Positions 39,324 through 49,913 of a stretch of 64,000 bases of DNA are shown piece by piece (position 1 is the stretch's first letter; the number at the start of each line of letters is the position of its first letter). A program made the position numbers and the translations under genes. The notes beneath the pieces were generated by a model, which saw only the letters and a program-made list of their open reading frames with translations, did not search any database and was not told the origin of the DNA. The DNA is taken from assembly GCA_010093815.1 (NCBI GenBank), contig ML996566.1; one strand, written 5' to 3'. The DNA comes from Pseudovirgaria hyperparasitica (Eukaryota).

Positions 39324-39857
39324 ATGGCAGATCGATTATCGCAACTCCAGACCTGTCTGGACCAGGTACGGCTAGTATGACCTGGCAGTCGAAATTGCCC
39401 ACTCTGACAATGCACATAGCTCACAATACAAATGTACTCTTCCCTTATGTATATTAACACACGTGCTCCGTACCGAGCGATAGATGGTCAGCCAGACTGG
39501 GATCCTCTGAAAGAAGACGAATATGCGAAACAAGACACCCAAACACAGTCTCAGACAAAGTTGTCCAAAGATCCGGACTCGGCAGAATATGATCCAGAGA
39601 AGCCGCACCCTCCAGAATACTTTTACGCTTCAATGCGAGAGCTGTCGAGAGATCTTGTTACGAAACAGCAGCAGATCGACTTTCTGATAGATGTGCTCCC
39701 TGGTATTGGACAGAGCGAGCAACAGCAGAAGAAGAGGCTTGAAGAATTGGAACAGCAGCTAGTAGCAATGGAAGAAGATCGGTTGGCATCTCTGAAAGAG
39801 AAGGATAGACTATTGGAGAAGCTGGATGAGGTTGTCTCCAAAGTCAAGCGGATCTGA
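39324..39857 (+). CDS. MED21: Mediator subunit 21 (Srb7)
   Basis: MADRLSQLQTCLDQ|LTIQMYSSL ... ELSRDLVTKQQQIDFLIDVLPGIGQSE. Confidence 0.92.
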
Positions 39858-40008
39858 GCTGTTGGGCGATACACGAGACGACCTAAACATTCTCGCCACG
39901 AGCCACAGCTGGGGTCTGGTGCTGGCACATGGCTCATTTGAGCAAGGAGAGATCTATACAATCTAGATACCCAGCAGGACTTTTCATTCTTCACAGGCGT
40001 CCCATCAG

Positions 40009-41021
40009 TCATTCTCCCCCTGGCAAGATTCTACCCTCGGCCTTGTCTGGAAATCCAAAGTTCACACCAAAAGCAGGGTACACATAGCGAGTAATGCCCT
40101 TCTCTTTGTGGATCTTCTCCAGCGATTCAAGCTCCTCCCCAGAAAGCACGATCAACTTCGTGTTTTCCTCGATTCGCGAAGGCGTTACCGATTTGGGAAT
40201 GACGACGATGCCTCTCGCAATAGCATAGCTCAGGAGTACTGTGCCGGGCGATACTTTGTGTTCGTCTGCCACAGACTTGACGGCGACCTCATTGAATAAT
40301 GGACTCCCGGTGCTGCCGAAAGGACTATAAGCTGTGACGAGAATGTTGTTCTGCCTGCATGTGTCGACGACCTCTTGCTGCGGAAGATACGGATGGTTTT
40401 CGATCTGGTTTACTGCGGGCACAGTCGTAGCATGCTTCAGGAGAATTTCGAGGTACTTCTTCGAATAGTTTGAGACTCCAATGGCACGGGTCTTCTCTTT
40501 GGGAATCTTCTCCATCCGTTTCCAGGTCTCGATGTGCGAGGTGGAGACGTCCAGGTCTCTGCTACCGTCCTCAAGCTTGGGAAACAAAGGATGGTTACCT
40601 GCACGTTCAGTTATTCCCACTTTGTGGCACGTAGGCCATGAATCTATTTACCTTTTGGATTCATGGGACAAGGCCAATGCATCAAGAACAAGTCGACATA
40701 ATCTAAGCCCAAGTTCTTCAAGCTCTCGTCCAGACCCTCCTCAACGCGTGTGTGAAACGTGCACCACAACTTGGTTGTTACGAAGATGTCCTCCCGCTTC
40801 ACAGCACCCGAGGCGATGGCGGCTTTGATGCCCTCACCAACCTCATTCTCATTCTGATAGCAGTATGCGGCATCGATGTGCCTGTAGCCACTTTTTAGAG
40901 CATGTTCGACGGCCTGCTTGACTTCGCCAGGCGATGATTGCCAGGTGCCTAACCCCAAAGCTGGGATAGTGGTGCCGTTGTTAAGGGTGAAGCGGGTGTT
41001 GATATCTGGACTTGGCGACAT
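40009..41021 (-). CDS. gar1: Aldo-keto reductase, GAR1-type NADPH-dependent D-galacturonate/D-glucuronate reductase
   Basis: AKR tetrad (HIDAAYCY, TKLW, MHWP). NPK|GNHPLFP, GVSNYSKKYLE, NQIENHPYLPQQE and C-terminal RYVYPAFGVNFGFPDK closely follow Trichoderma reesei GAR1 as I recall it. Confidence 0.82.
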
Positions 41022-41270
41022 GACGTGTGATGATGTGATCTAAAGCAGGCGTCAGGTTGTCTTTCGCGAGCGAAGGTCACAGCCGGTCTTTTAGGATAAG
41101 ATTCTTAACAGCACGACGACGGAGAAATATGCTTGCACAGTCGGCGACGCAGCTGCTACGGAATGTTTGCCGGGCTTCTAGCCGCATAGATCATCAAATT
41201 AAGGACAGTGGTCGGTGCTTTCAGCTCAGAAACCGACGACATTTCGCTGCTTGATTGCCCGAGATTCTTG

Positions 41271-41280
41271 GTGGCGGGGT
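41271..41280 (+). promoter_or_regulatory. GTGGCGGGGT, contains CreA/Mig1 consensus SYGGRG
   Basis: In the AKR/MIOX divergent promoter; identical 10-mer at 44941-44950. Confidence 0.5.
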
Positions 41281-42175
41281 AGCAGTACCTTAGCAGTCGA
41301 ATATCTGCCTGAGGGCATTTAGGCTTTTATGCCTGAGGCTCAGATACTTAAAGATCAGCGCGGACAACTCACCTCATATATTGTTCTCTTATCCTCATCC
41401 TTCATCCGCACGCCGCTTACAGATTTCGAACATGTATAATACGCATTTCGAAGATCATCACGCATCATCATCCATGCGTGTGCAGAAGCCCGACATGTCA
41501 CTACGTTCCCTGACCATGCCAATAGCCTTACCCCGCTGGCCAAGGAGGAAATTTTCGCCGCAAGGTCAAAACTTCAACCGCCAGACTTGCTCCACCTATA
41601 TCCGCGCCTCATGCACGTTGAAACTTCTATGCTATGATACATGTGCCTCTTCGGGCGTTTTTCTACTTTTTTCAACTTATGGGAACGCGCGTGGTGCCTA
41701 GAGATTTGCCTCCCCATGGATCTGGTGGCTAGGCTAGCCGTCCACCCTGGAACAATATGGAGACTTGGAGCGTCACGACACGCAGCATGATCATGGCACG
41801 GTCTTTATCCCGGCCACTTTACATCTATCAATTTTCTCGAATGGCGTACATGGTAAGTGGGTTCTCGTCAGGTTTGTTCACCACTTTCGACTCGGCAGAC
41901 GAGGTAATATCTTGGTGGTCAACACCATCTACTTTCCCTGCTCGTGCTGGCTCCACCTGGGGCTGCTAGGATGGATTGTCTGCGGATGTACGGGCTACAT
42001 ATACTCAATGCTACGTTCAAATCTATTGTTTCTCCCCAGACCATAGAATTCCCAGTCTCTGTCTCTCTCCGCAATTAAGCACCCAGAATTAGCAATCACT
42101 CTTCATATCTCGTGGGTTTGTTTTCTCGAAGTCCAAATAAATACATTGTCGCATACATACACACACATCTGCATC

Positions 42176-43153
42176 ATGGCCCCTGGCGCTATATTCGAAG
42201 CTCCCAACGTTGCCGAGGATTTCAACAGCCATCGAGATGGCCTCGCGCTAGAGGCTACATCCGATGCCATTGACGAAGTCAACGTGCTCAAAGCTGCCAT
42301 GAAAGTCAAGCAAGGCAGCGCCACCCAGAAAGAAAAGGACATCTACGAGCAATCCCAGTTCGATGCCGAGAAGGACAAGACGCAATTCCGACAGTACGAG
42401 GAGGCATGCGACCGGGTGAAGAACTTCTACCGTGAGCAACACGAGAAGCAGACCGTAGCATACAACCTCAAAGCCCGCAACGACTTCCGGAGCAAGACAC
42501 GCGCCGAAATGACAATCTGGCAGGCAATGGAGAAGCTCAACACCCTCATCGACGAGTCCGACCCGGACACTTCCCTCTCCCAAATCGAACACCTCCTACA
42601 GGCCGCCGAAGCCATCCGTCGCGACGGCAAACCCCGCTGGATGCAACTCACAGGCTTGATCCACGATCTCGGCAAGCTGCTCTTCTTCTTTGGCGCCGAG
42701 GGCCAGTGGGACGTCGTTGGCGACACGTTCCCCGTCGGCTGTGCGTTCGACCGCAAGATCATCTACCCGGACACCTTCGCCGGCAACCCGGATTCTCGAG
42801 ACTCGATCTACGCCACTGAGCATGGCATCTACACGCCTGGCTGCGGCCTCGACAATGTGATGCTGAGCTGGGGCCACGACGAGTATCTGTACCACATCGC
42901 AAAGGAGCAGAGCACGTTGCCGGACGAGGCGCTGGCCATGATCCGCTACCACTCCTTCTACCCGTGGCACAGCCAGGGCGCATATATGTGGATGATGAAT
43001 GCGAAGGACAAGAGGATGCTGGAGGCTGTGCGGGCGTTCAACCCCTACGATCTGTACAGCAAGAGCGACGACGTGCCCAAGGCTGAGGAGTTGAAGCCCT
43101 ACTACATGGAGCTGATTGACGAGTATTTCCCGAATAAGGTCATCAAGTGGTAG
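42176..43153 (+). CDS. MIOX: myo-Inositol oxygenase
   Basis: LIDESDPD, QIEHLLQAAEAIR, GLIHDLGK, QWDVVGDTFPVGC, MLSWGHDEYLY, IRYHSFYPWH, FNPYDLYSK (di-iron ligands intact). Intronless CDS. Confidence 0.97.
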   Translation: MAPGAIFEAPNVAEDFNSHRDGLALEATSDAIDEVNVLKAAMKVKQGSATQKEKDIYEQSQFDAEKDKTQFRQYEEACDRVKNFYREQHEKQTVAYNLKARNDFRSKTRAEMTIWQAMEKLNTLIDESDPDTSLSQIEHLLQAAEAIRRDGKPRWMQLTGLIHDLGKLLFFFGAEGQWDVVGDTFPVGCAFDRKIIYPDTFAGNPDSRDSIYATEHGIYTPGCGLDNVMLSWGHDEYLYHIAKEQSTLPDEALAMIRYHSFYPWHSQGAYMWMMNAKDKRMLEAVRAFNPYDLYSKSDDVPKAEELKPYYMELIDEYFPNKVIKW

Positions 43154-43950
43154 GAGACACACTGAGATACCGTTGTTTCTTGTATCTTGTAATTGTTCTT
43201 TATTGTCATTCTCCCTTTGGGTTTTTACTAGATAGAGCATAGGCTTGATTTGCCTGTGTCCGGAATACGGACAGGCTACGAATAATGACCATGACACTTC
43301 CTCCTTGACTATTGGACGCTGGTCTGTTTTGCAAATGGTGATTGAACCTATGTATGTGCATATCTGCCCAGCCACCTACACGCACGGCACTTGCGCCTTT
43401 TAAAAAAGACTGGAAATACAACATACATAGCGCTCCCTCCGCGCGGGGCCGCACGGCATTCACAATCGGTGTGCGGCGCTGAGAGGTACGCAGACCTTAC
43501 TTCCCTGATGCATAATCTAGCGGCCAATGGAAGTCCGAGCACGGTAGCTACCGCCCACATCTACCAATGATGCAGCAAGCTTTGCAATCCTGTGCAGCCT
43601 CCGGTGGACACCGGTAGGGATGTCGACACGTTTTCTCATGGCACGAAGACTCATCATGGGGACGGAACCACTTGCCTGCGCAAGGAGAGACTGGCCAATC
43701 GAGGCCTTTTCCGGATGGATGTCCCTGCGGCTGATAGTCGGTGTGGACTATGGATTCCGGTACTACCTTGCCTACCTTAGCTTGCAGGAGCTGGAGGACT
43801 CTCCGGTGCGGAGACTCACGACGAACGGCTGTACTACTTGCCAGAAATAAGTCGAGACGACCAATGAGGGATTAGTCACACAGTATTCTCTTCGAAACAC
43901 GAGCAAGTCTGGCAAAACAGAGCATCACGGCCGCCTCGGGCTGTTCCGAC

Positions 43951-44799
43951 CTATCTCGCCATCCATCCCCCGTCAACAGTGAGAATCTCTCCTGTCACAT
44001 ACGCACTCGCTCTCCCTGCAAGAAACACCACCGCTCCCTTGAAGTCCTCCGGCCGTCCCCACCGCCCGGCCGGAATCCGCTCTAGAATCGACGCTGCCCT
44101 TTTCTCGTCGTTGATTAATGCTGTATTCATCTCCGTCGCAATGTAACCTGGCGCGATCGCATTCACATTGACCCCTTCTCCGGCCCACTGGTTCGACAGC
44201 GCCTTCGTAAGCTGCGCAATGCCACCCTTCGACGCAGCGTAGGCCGGGACGTTGATGCCGCCCTGGAAGGAGAGCAGAGAGGCGACGTTGATGATGGAAC
44301 CGCGCTGGTTCGTGGTGTTAGGAAGCGGAGGTAGGGTACGCATGTGTGCGCCTACGTCGCGGCAGAGAACGAAGTTACTTGAGAGATTGACTTGCAAGAC
44401 CTCGTCCCAGTCCTCAATCGGGAACTCGTGTGCTGGGTGGCGGCGCTGGATACCTGCGCAAGTGAGGAGGATGCGGATCTGTAGTTCTGGGCTTTGAGAG
44501 AGGAGAGTTGGGACGATGCTGGAGACGGCAGCGCGGTCGGAGAGCTCGGCGACGTGGATAGTGCATTTGCGACCGAGGGCTAAGATTTGGTGCTGGGTTT
44601 CAGTGTTGGATGTGTCGCGCTGGAGTAGATGTGAGTTGCTTGAATGATTAAAGACGAGAGAGGAACGGACCTGGATGAGGATAATGTCGGCGCCAGCTTC
44701 AGCTAAGGCTAGGGCCATTGCTTGCCCGATTCCTCGAGTTCCGCCTGTGACGAGGGCGGTTTGGCCCTCGAGAGAGAAGAGTTGCTGGATCGAGCCCAT
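43951..44799 (-). CDS. SDR of the KduD/IdnO type; probable 5-keto-D-gluconate 5-reductase (GluF-like)
   Basis: [21 protein letters not shown] (IdnO-like), [31 protein letters not shown] (KduD-like). Intron 44620-44670. Confidence 0.85.
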   Translation of the reverse strand: MGSIQQLFSLEGQTALVTGGTRGIGQAMALALAEAGADIILIQVRSSLVFNHSSNSHLLQRDTSNTETQHQILALGRKCTIHVAELSDRAAVSSIVPTLLSQSPELQIRILLTCAGIQRRHPAHEFPIEDWDEVLQVNLSSNFVLCRDVGAHMRTLPPLPNTTNQRGSIINVASLLSFQGGINVPAYAASKGGIAQLTKALSNQWAGEGVNVNAIAPGYIATEMNTALINDEKRAASILERIPAGRWGRPEDFKGAVVFLAGRASAYVTGEILTVDGGWMAR

Positions 44800-44940
44800 G
44801 ATTGGGGTTGTGCTGTATTGCAAACTGATGCTGCCCTCAATACAATAATATGAGTAGAAAGGAAAGGGTGTGATATATCAGAATCTTCTAGACCCGATCG
44901 GCAAGACAAGCCGCCAAACTCAGGAGCTCAAGGAGGCTTC

Positions 44941-44950
44941 GTGGCGGGGT
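44941..44950 (+). promoter_or_regulatory. GTGGCGGGGT CreA-type site in the SDR/MDR divergent promoter
   Basis: SYGGRG match; a second inverted GCGGGG lies at ~44961-44966. Confidence 0.5.
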
Positions 44951-45188
44951 GTGAAGACTGCCCCGCCAAAATGAGGCCTCCGTCGGCGTTTGCTTCCCCG
45001 ATTTCTGAGTCTCAATTGCCGACACAGCGGAGTCTTAGCCGCTTGTGTAGCCGCTTTTCCTCCCGATGACTGCAGGACGCAGTAACACATGTACGCGCCT
45101 TTGGAAATGCCTCTTCACATCAAGCATTTTTTATCTCTTGAGAAGCCTCCTCTCTACGATTGAAATATCGCATTGAGATTTACTGACA

Positions 45189-46477
45189 ATGGCTCAAGCA
45201 AATGGATCTGGTGCAAATAGCAAGATCAATGCATCAGTGCTCCACGGGGCCAAGGACCTAAGAATTGTAAAGCGCCTCATTCGCAGCCTCCAAGCTCAAG
45301 GACTGACAGAGAACACAGGAGCAACGAGGAATCTTCCCTCCGGATCCACATGAGGTTCAAGTCTCTGTCCGCGCGACTGGGTTATGCGGCTCCGACCTCC
45401 ACTATTACCGCCACGGTCGCAATGGAGATATCATCATGAAAGAGCCCATGTCGCTCGGACATGAATCTGCTGGAGTAGTGGTAGCTGTGGGATCAAAAGT
45501 GACGGACCTCAAGGTCGGAGATAAAGTGGCCATGGAGGTCGGACTCCCTTGCACACAATGCGAGAGATGCGCCGAAGGACGGTACAACATCTGCAAAGAC
45601 ATGCGCTTCGCTGCTTCGGCAAGAAACTTTCCACATACGCAGGGTACTCTAAGGGATAGGATGAATCATCCAGCGAAGATGTGCCACAAGTGAGTGCCCA
45701 AGCTTAGAGCTAGCAGGACATATTTGCTAACACTCAATCAGGCTTCCTGAAAATGTTTCCTTGGATCTGGGGGCACTACTAGAGCCACTAGGTGTTGCTA
45801 TCCACGGCACGAGACGAGCTCAAATTAGCACAGGTTGCACAGCGGTGGTGTTCGGCGCTGGTGCTGTCGGCCTGCTTGTCGCAGCAATGACTAAGATCTC
45901 CGGTGCTGGCACCGTAGTCATTGCAGATATAGATCCAGGACGAGTGAACTTTGCAGTGCAGCACAATTTTGCGGACCATGGATACACTGTCCCCATGAAG
46001 AGGGGGAATACGATCGAGGAGCAGTTTGACATTGCTCGTGAGACGGCAGGCAACATTGGCAAGATCCAGCGCACAAGACCAGATACCCTCGTCGGAGAGG
46101 CTGATGTTTCATTCGAATGCACAGGTGTTGCGTCATGCCTGCAAGCAGCCATCTTCTCGACGCGACCGGGTGGAAGAGTCATGATGATCGGAATGGGCAC
46201 GCCGATTCAGACTCTTCCAATCTCAGCTGCTGCTCTACGAGAAGTTGATCTCGTGGGCGTCTTCCGCTATGCGAACACGTATCCTACTGGGATTGAGGTT
46301 GTGTCGAAGACCGGTCCGAATTATCCTCAATTCTCCAAGATGATAACGCATCGTTACGCCGGATTAGACAACGTAGAGAAAGCATTCGAGATGGCAGCGA
46401 AAACGAAAGACGATAAAGGTGAACTGGTATTGAAAGTGATGATTGATATGGACGATAGTGACAAGGCTAGGCTTTGA
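45189..46477 (+). CDS. Zn-dependent medium-chain dehydrogenase; probable L-idonate 5-dehydrogenase (IdnD/GluE-like)
   Basis: GLCGSDLH, LGHES, CTQCERCAEGRYNIC (structural Zn), GAGAVG, ADID. Substrate loop MRFAASARNFPH resembles E. coli IdnD (MRFFGSAMYFPH, from memory) more than sorbitol/xylitol dehydrogenases. Two introns. Confidence 0.85.
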
Positions 46478-47061
46478 AGTATCTGATTGTTTATGTCTTG
46501 CATATAATGGGGAGTATGGATCTAGGAGCTGCGTTAGTTGTCACAGAATACATACCATTGAGGACCCCGCGACATTCATGCGATCAGTCACCAACAGAAC
46601 CAAGCGATGTTGTTCGAATGTCGATGTGTACAGTCAGCCTGGCGGAACATGTGTTCCGCCAAGGCAGGAGAGATCGACGAGTCGGCGAGAATTCCTTCAT
46701 CCGCAAACCTCCATGACCCACAAATACCCGCCCAAAGCTTCGTCGCCGTGGCCCCTGAATGTGATGCTGTGAAATATGCCATAGAGCGCTGTGATTCGCT
46801 CTTTGATTGAGGGTCTGCCTCCGAAATGGCCCATCCACATCTGTCTTGTGGCATAATTACACAATCCGGGGTTTGTCAACAGATTCCTGTTCTGGTGCTG
46901 ACGGCGCAAGTTGGAAGTCGTCGAGACAGAACTGCAGTGTACGTTTGCTAGACGCGTCCCAAGGTCTTCTTACATCATCACTATTTACAAATCACTGATA
47001 CTCTCGTTGTAAAGGCCAACGTTCCCATCCACCACCATCTCGAAGTTTCACAGTCCACTCA

Positions 47062-48185
47062 ATGGCACCTCGACGTCTCAAGGTTGCCTGCTCCGGCCTC
47101 GGCCGCATGGGTTCTCGCCATGCCCTCCATTTCCTCAATCGCACACCCCGAGCAGAGCTCGTAGCAGCCTGGACACCAGATGAGAAAGAGCTGGCATGGG
47201 CCAAGCAGAACCTTGAGCCCTATGGCACCACACTTTACACTAATTACGAAGAGATGCTCAAGCATCCAGGCCTTGAAGCTGTTGTGATTGCCACGGTGAC
47301 TACTGCGCACGCTCAGCAAGCCATACAGGCCATCGAGGCAGAAAAGCATGTGCTTTGCGAGAAGCCGCTGAGTACGAGCGTCGAGATTGTAAGCCCTGAG
47401 ACTTGAGGTGCCGGAACAGAGCAGGATGCTGACAAGGTGATCAGTCACAGACTGTTGTTGACGCTGCGGCTAAGAAGCCTCATCTGAAAGTCATGTGTGG
47501 CTTCTCCCGCCGCTTCGACGACTCCTACCGGGACGCCTTTGAGCGCATGGACTCGGGCGCCATCGGTCGCCCTACGATCGTCAGGTCGCAAACGTGCGAC
47601 ATGTACAATCCGACGCCGTTTTTTGTTGAGTACTCCCAGTTCTCAGGAGGTATCTTCGTGGACTGCAATGTGCACGATATTGACCTTGCATTATGGTTCT
47701 TCGGCCAGGACTCGCAAGTCAAGAGCGTCGCTGCGTTTGGTGTCACGGCTATCGAGCCCGACTTGAAGAAGTACGGAGACGTTGATAACGGTGTTGGTGT
47801 GGTGGAGTTCTATGGCGGCAAGATTGCGTACTTCTACTCATCGCGCATGAACGCGCCGGGCCAGCACGATGAGACGGAGATTATCGGCACCAAGGGGAAA
47901 CTGGCTATCAATACGCGTCCGCAGAACAATTTGCTGGAGGTGCATGAGGCGAACGGTATCCGACGTGAGATTCCTTTGACATACTATGGTCGATTCGAGA
48001 ATGCGTTTGTGAAGGAGGCAAATGAGTTCACGGCGGCATGTCTAGATAACAACAAGCTTCCATTTAAGCTGAGCGGAGCTGTACAGGCAGTCGTAATTGG
48101 ATGTGCTCTTCAGGAGAGTCTGAGAAGTGGGAGGAAGATCTTTTTCGACGAGACTGGCAAGCAAGTGGAGCAGGCGAAGTTATAG
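47062..48185 (+). CDS. Gfo/Idh/MocA oxidoreductase, inositol 2-dehydrogenase (IolG)-like
   Basis: GLGRMG, HVLCEKPL, GFSRRFD, GGIFVDCNVHDID. One intron. Confidence 0.9.
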
Positions 48186-49035
48186 ATAATGGCAGACATG
48201 CTGGTCAATAGATGCATAGCAAGATAAGATAATGATAATACAAATTTTCAAGCTGCAGAAGTAATTCTGGTGGGCTCTCCATACGGTAGAGTAATGGTAT
48301 GTCACTCACAACTGGTGGACACCGTGCGCTGTCCCGGCCTCAGTGCCTCTACTTACCGACTATAATTACTCTCCAAAGAAGCCTGAACGGTTTTGTGCCA
48401 CCATCGCCAGCACAACGTCAACCTCACTCAGCATTCTCGCCAAAACGACCCAAACAACAACGGACGGATCCGCATCCAATAGACGCAAGGCCGATCCCCT
48501 AGCCGCAAAAAGCACAGCCAAGAATATTGGCTCGACGCCCGCGTAAGACCCTCCAGGGCTGAGCGAACCACGCGCCGCATCGGGACAATGATTTCATCGG
48601 GCGATGACGTCTATCCCCAACTTTTCTCCCGTCACCGCTTGCTGTTGTTCACAAAGGCTATTATCAGGTAGGAATGAACGGATACCACACCACCACACCA
48701 CCATCACGATGCCCGTCCCCATCATACTACCGAATAATCCTGTGCCTTTGTGTAGCTGCGTGGCTATCCTTGTGCCGCAGAACCGGACGAGATGCGTCGT
48801 ACGCACGTCCTTTTCGGGGCCGTTTTGCCATACACACACACACTACGTACAGACCGTTTTCTGGAGACGGGGTCCTCGCTATAGAAACTCTGGGAGCTAA
48901 TTAGTGCGTTGATGTTGAGTGGCGCGGTCGGCCGATCCGTACCTATTGTCTGCACTGTGTGTCTACGACGCAATACTGTAACATCGTGACTCTGTGGTCG
49001 GCGTCTTTGTGGGCCATTCGTTATAGTTGTAGTGC

Positions 49036-49059
49036 GTGTGTGTGTGTGTGTGTGTGTGT
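49036..49059. repeat. (GT)12 microsatellite
   Basis: Seen directly; it runs into a TATAAA-like element upstream of the AA1-like gene. Confidence 0.95.
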
Positions 49060-49194
49060 ATAAAGAGACGTCGAATACTTACACTCAGATACTCGAGCAT
49101 CAGTATAAGCAAACTCGCATCTCAAGCCAACAGCCATCTACATTCTACACAAACACCACATCCACCCTCCCAAACCATCACAACAACCACCACA

Positions 49195-49767
49195 ATGTCC
49201 CTCAAATCCACCATCCTCAGCCTCCTCCCCACCGCCCTCCTCCTCACCAGCAGCACAACCGCCGCCCCTCTCGCCCCACGCGCCGGCTGCCCAGGCGCAA
49301 CAACATCCTTCTCCTTCGACGTCAAAAACTTCGACTACCACGACGGCACCACCTTCTCCACCCCCGCGCACCAAATCCCGGGTGGCTTCGTCGCCTTCAA
49401 CCTGACCTCCGCCGCGGACGTGGTTCCACGCCAATGCAACGCCTACTCCACCCAGCTATCCGACTTCTACTACGGCACGCTGAACTACACGTGCACGACC
49501 ACGACCGCGGACGGGGAGGTGGTGCAGACGGGCAGTCTGTTCACGTATGACACGCCGGGGGAGACGCTGGTGCTTGTGGAGCCGTTTGAGTGTGATGGGC
49601 AGAAGTACGTGGCCAAGGGGACGTATACGTTTGAGCCGCCGTTGCAGTGTGTGACGGAGGAGTATCAGAATGATGATTGGCAGCAGGGGGAGATTTATAG
49701 CTCGCGGAAGAGGACGTGTGAGGAGAGGGACTTTGCGTTCTTCGCGGAGGTGGAGAAGGTTGAGTAG
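49195..49767 (+). CDS. Small secreted Cys-containing protein, Alt a 1 (AA1)-like domain
   Basis: Signal peptide MSLKSTILSLLPTALLL, FSTPAHQ, QLSDFYYG, YQNDDWQQGEIYSSR, six Cys. Confidence 0.75.
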   Translation: MSLKSTILSLLPTALLLTSSTTAAPLAPRAGCPGATTSFSFDVKNFDYHDGTTFSTPAHQIPGGFVAFNLTSAADVVPRQCNAYSTQLSDFYYGTLNYTCTTTTADGEVVQTGSLFTYDTPGETLVLVEPFECDGQKYVAKGTYTFEPPLQCVTEEYQNDDWQQGEIYSSRKRTCEERDFAFFAEVEKVE

Positions 49768-49913
49768 GGTTGACTAAGGGGAGAGTGAAAGGGAGGAGAA
49801 AGGGGGCAATGAGGCAGTTTGCATGATGATGTTGATTGTTGTTGTTTATTTTGATTGCGATTGTAGTATACTAGCATGGTAGGTAGCATACAGAGCGAAT
49901 ATCAGTCTGCTTT

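Noticed and set aside
41841..42078. Possible spliced uORF upstream of MIOX (ATG|GTAAGT at 41850-41858, CAG at 42039)
   Set aside because: No convincing branch site. The CT-rich box at ~42055 suggests transcription starts downstream, and I found no acceptor that puts this ATG in frame with MIOX. Needs 5'RACE.
43153..43951. 800-bp gap between convergent MIOX and SDR with small ORFs; possible sixth cluster gene
   Set aside because: No recognisable motifs or coherent splice structure.
44620..44670. 51-nt in-frame, stop-free intron in the SDR (similar case in the carboxypeptidase)
   Set aside because: Expected by chance for short introns; retention would disrupt the Rossmann fold. Treated as a normal intron.
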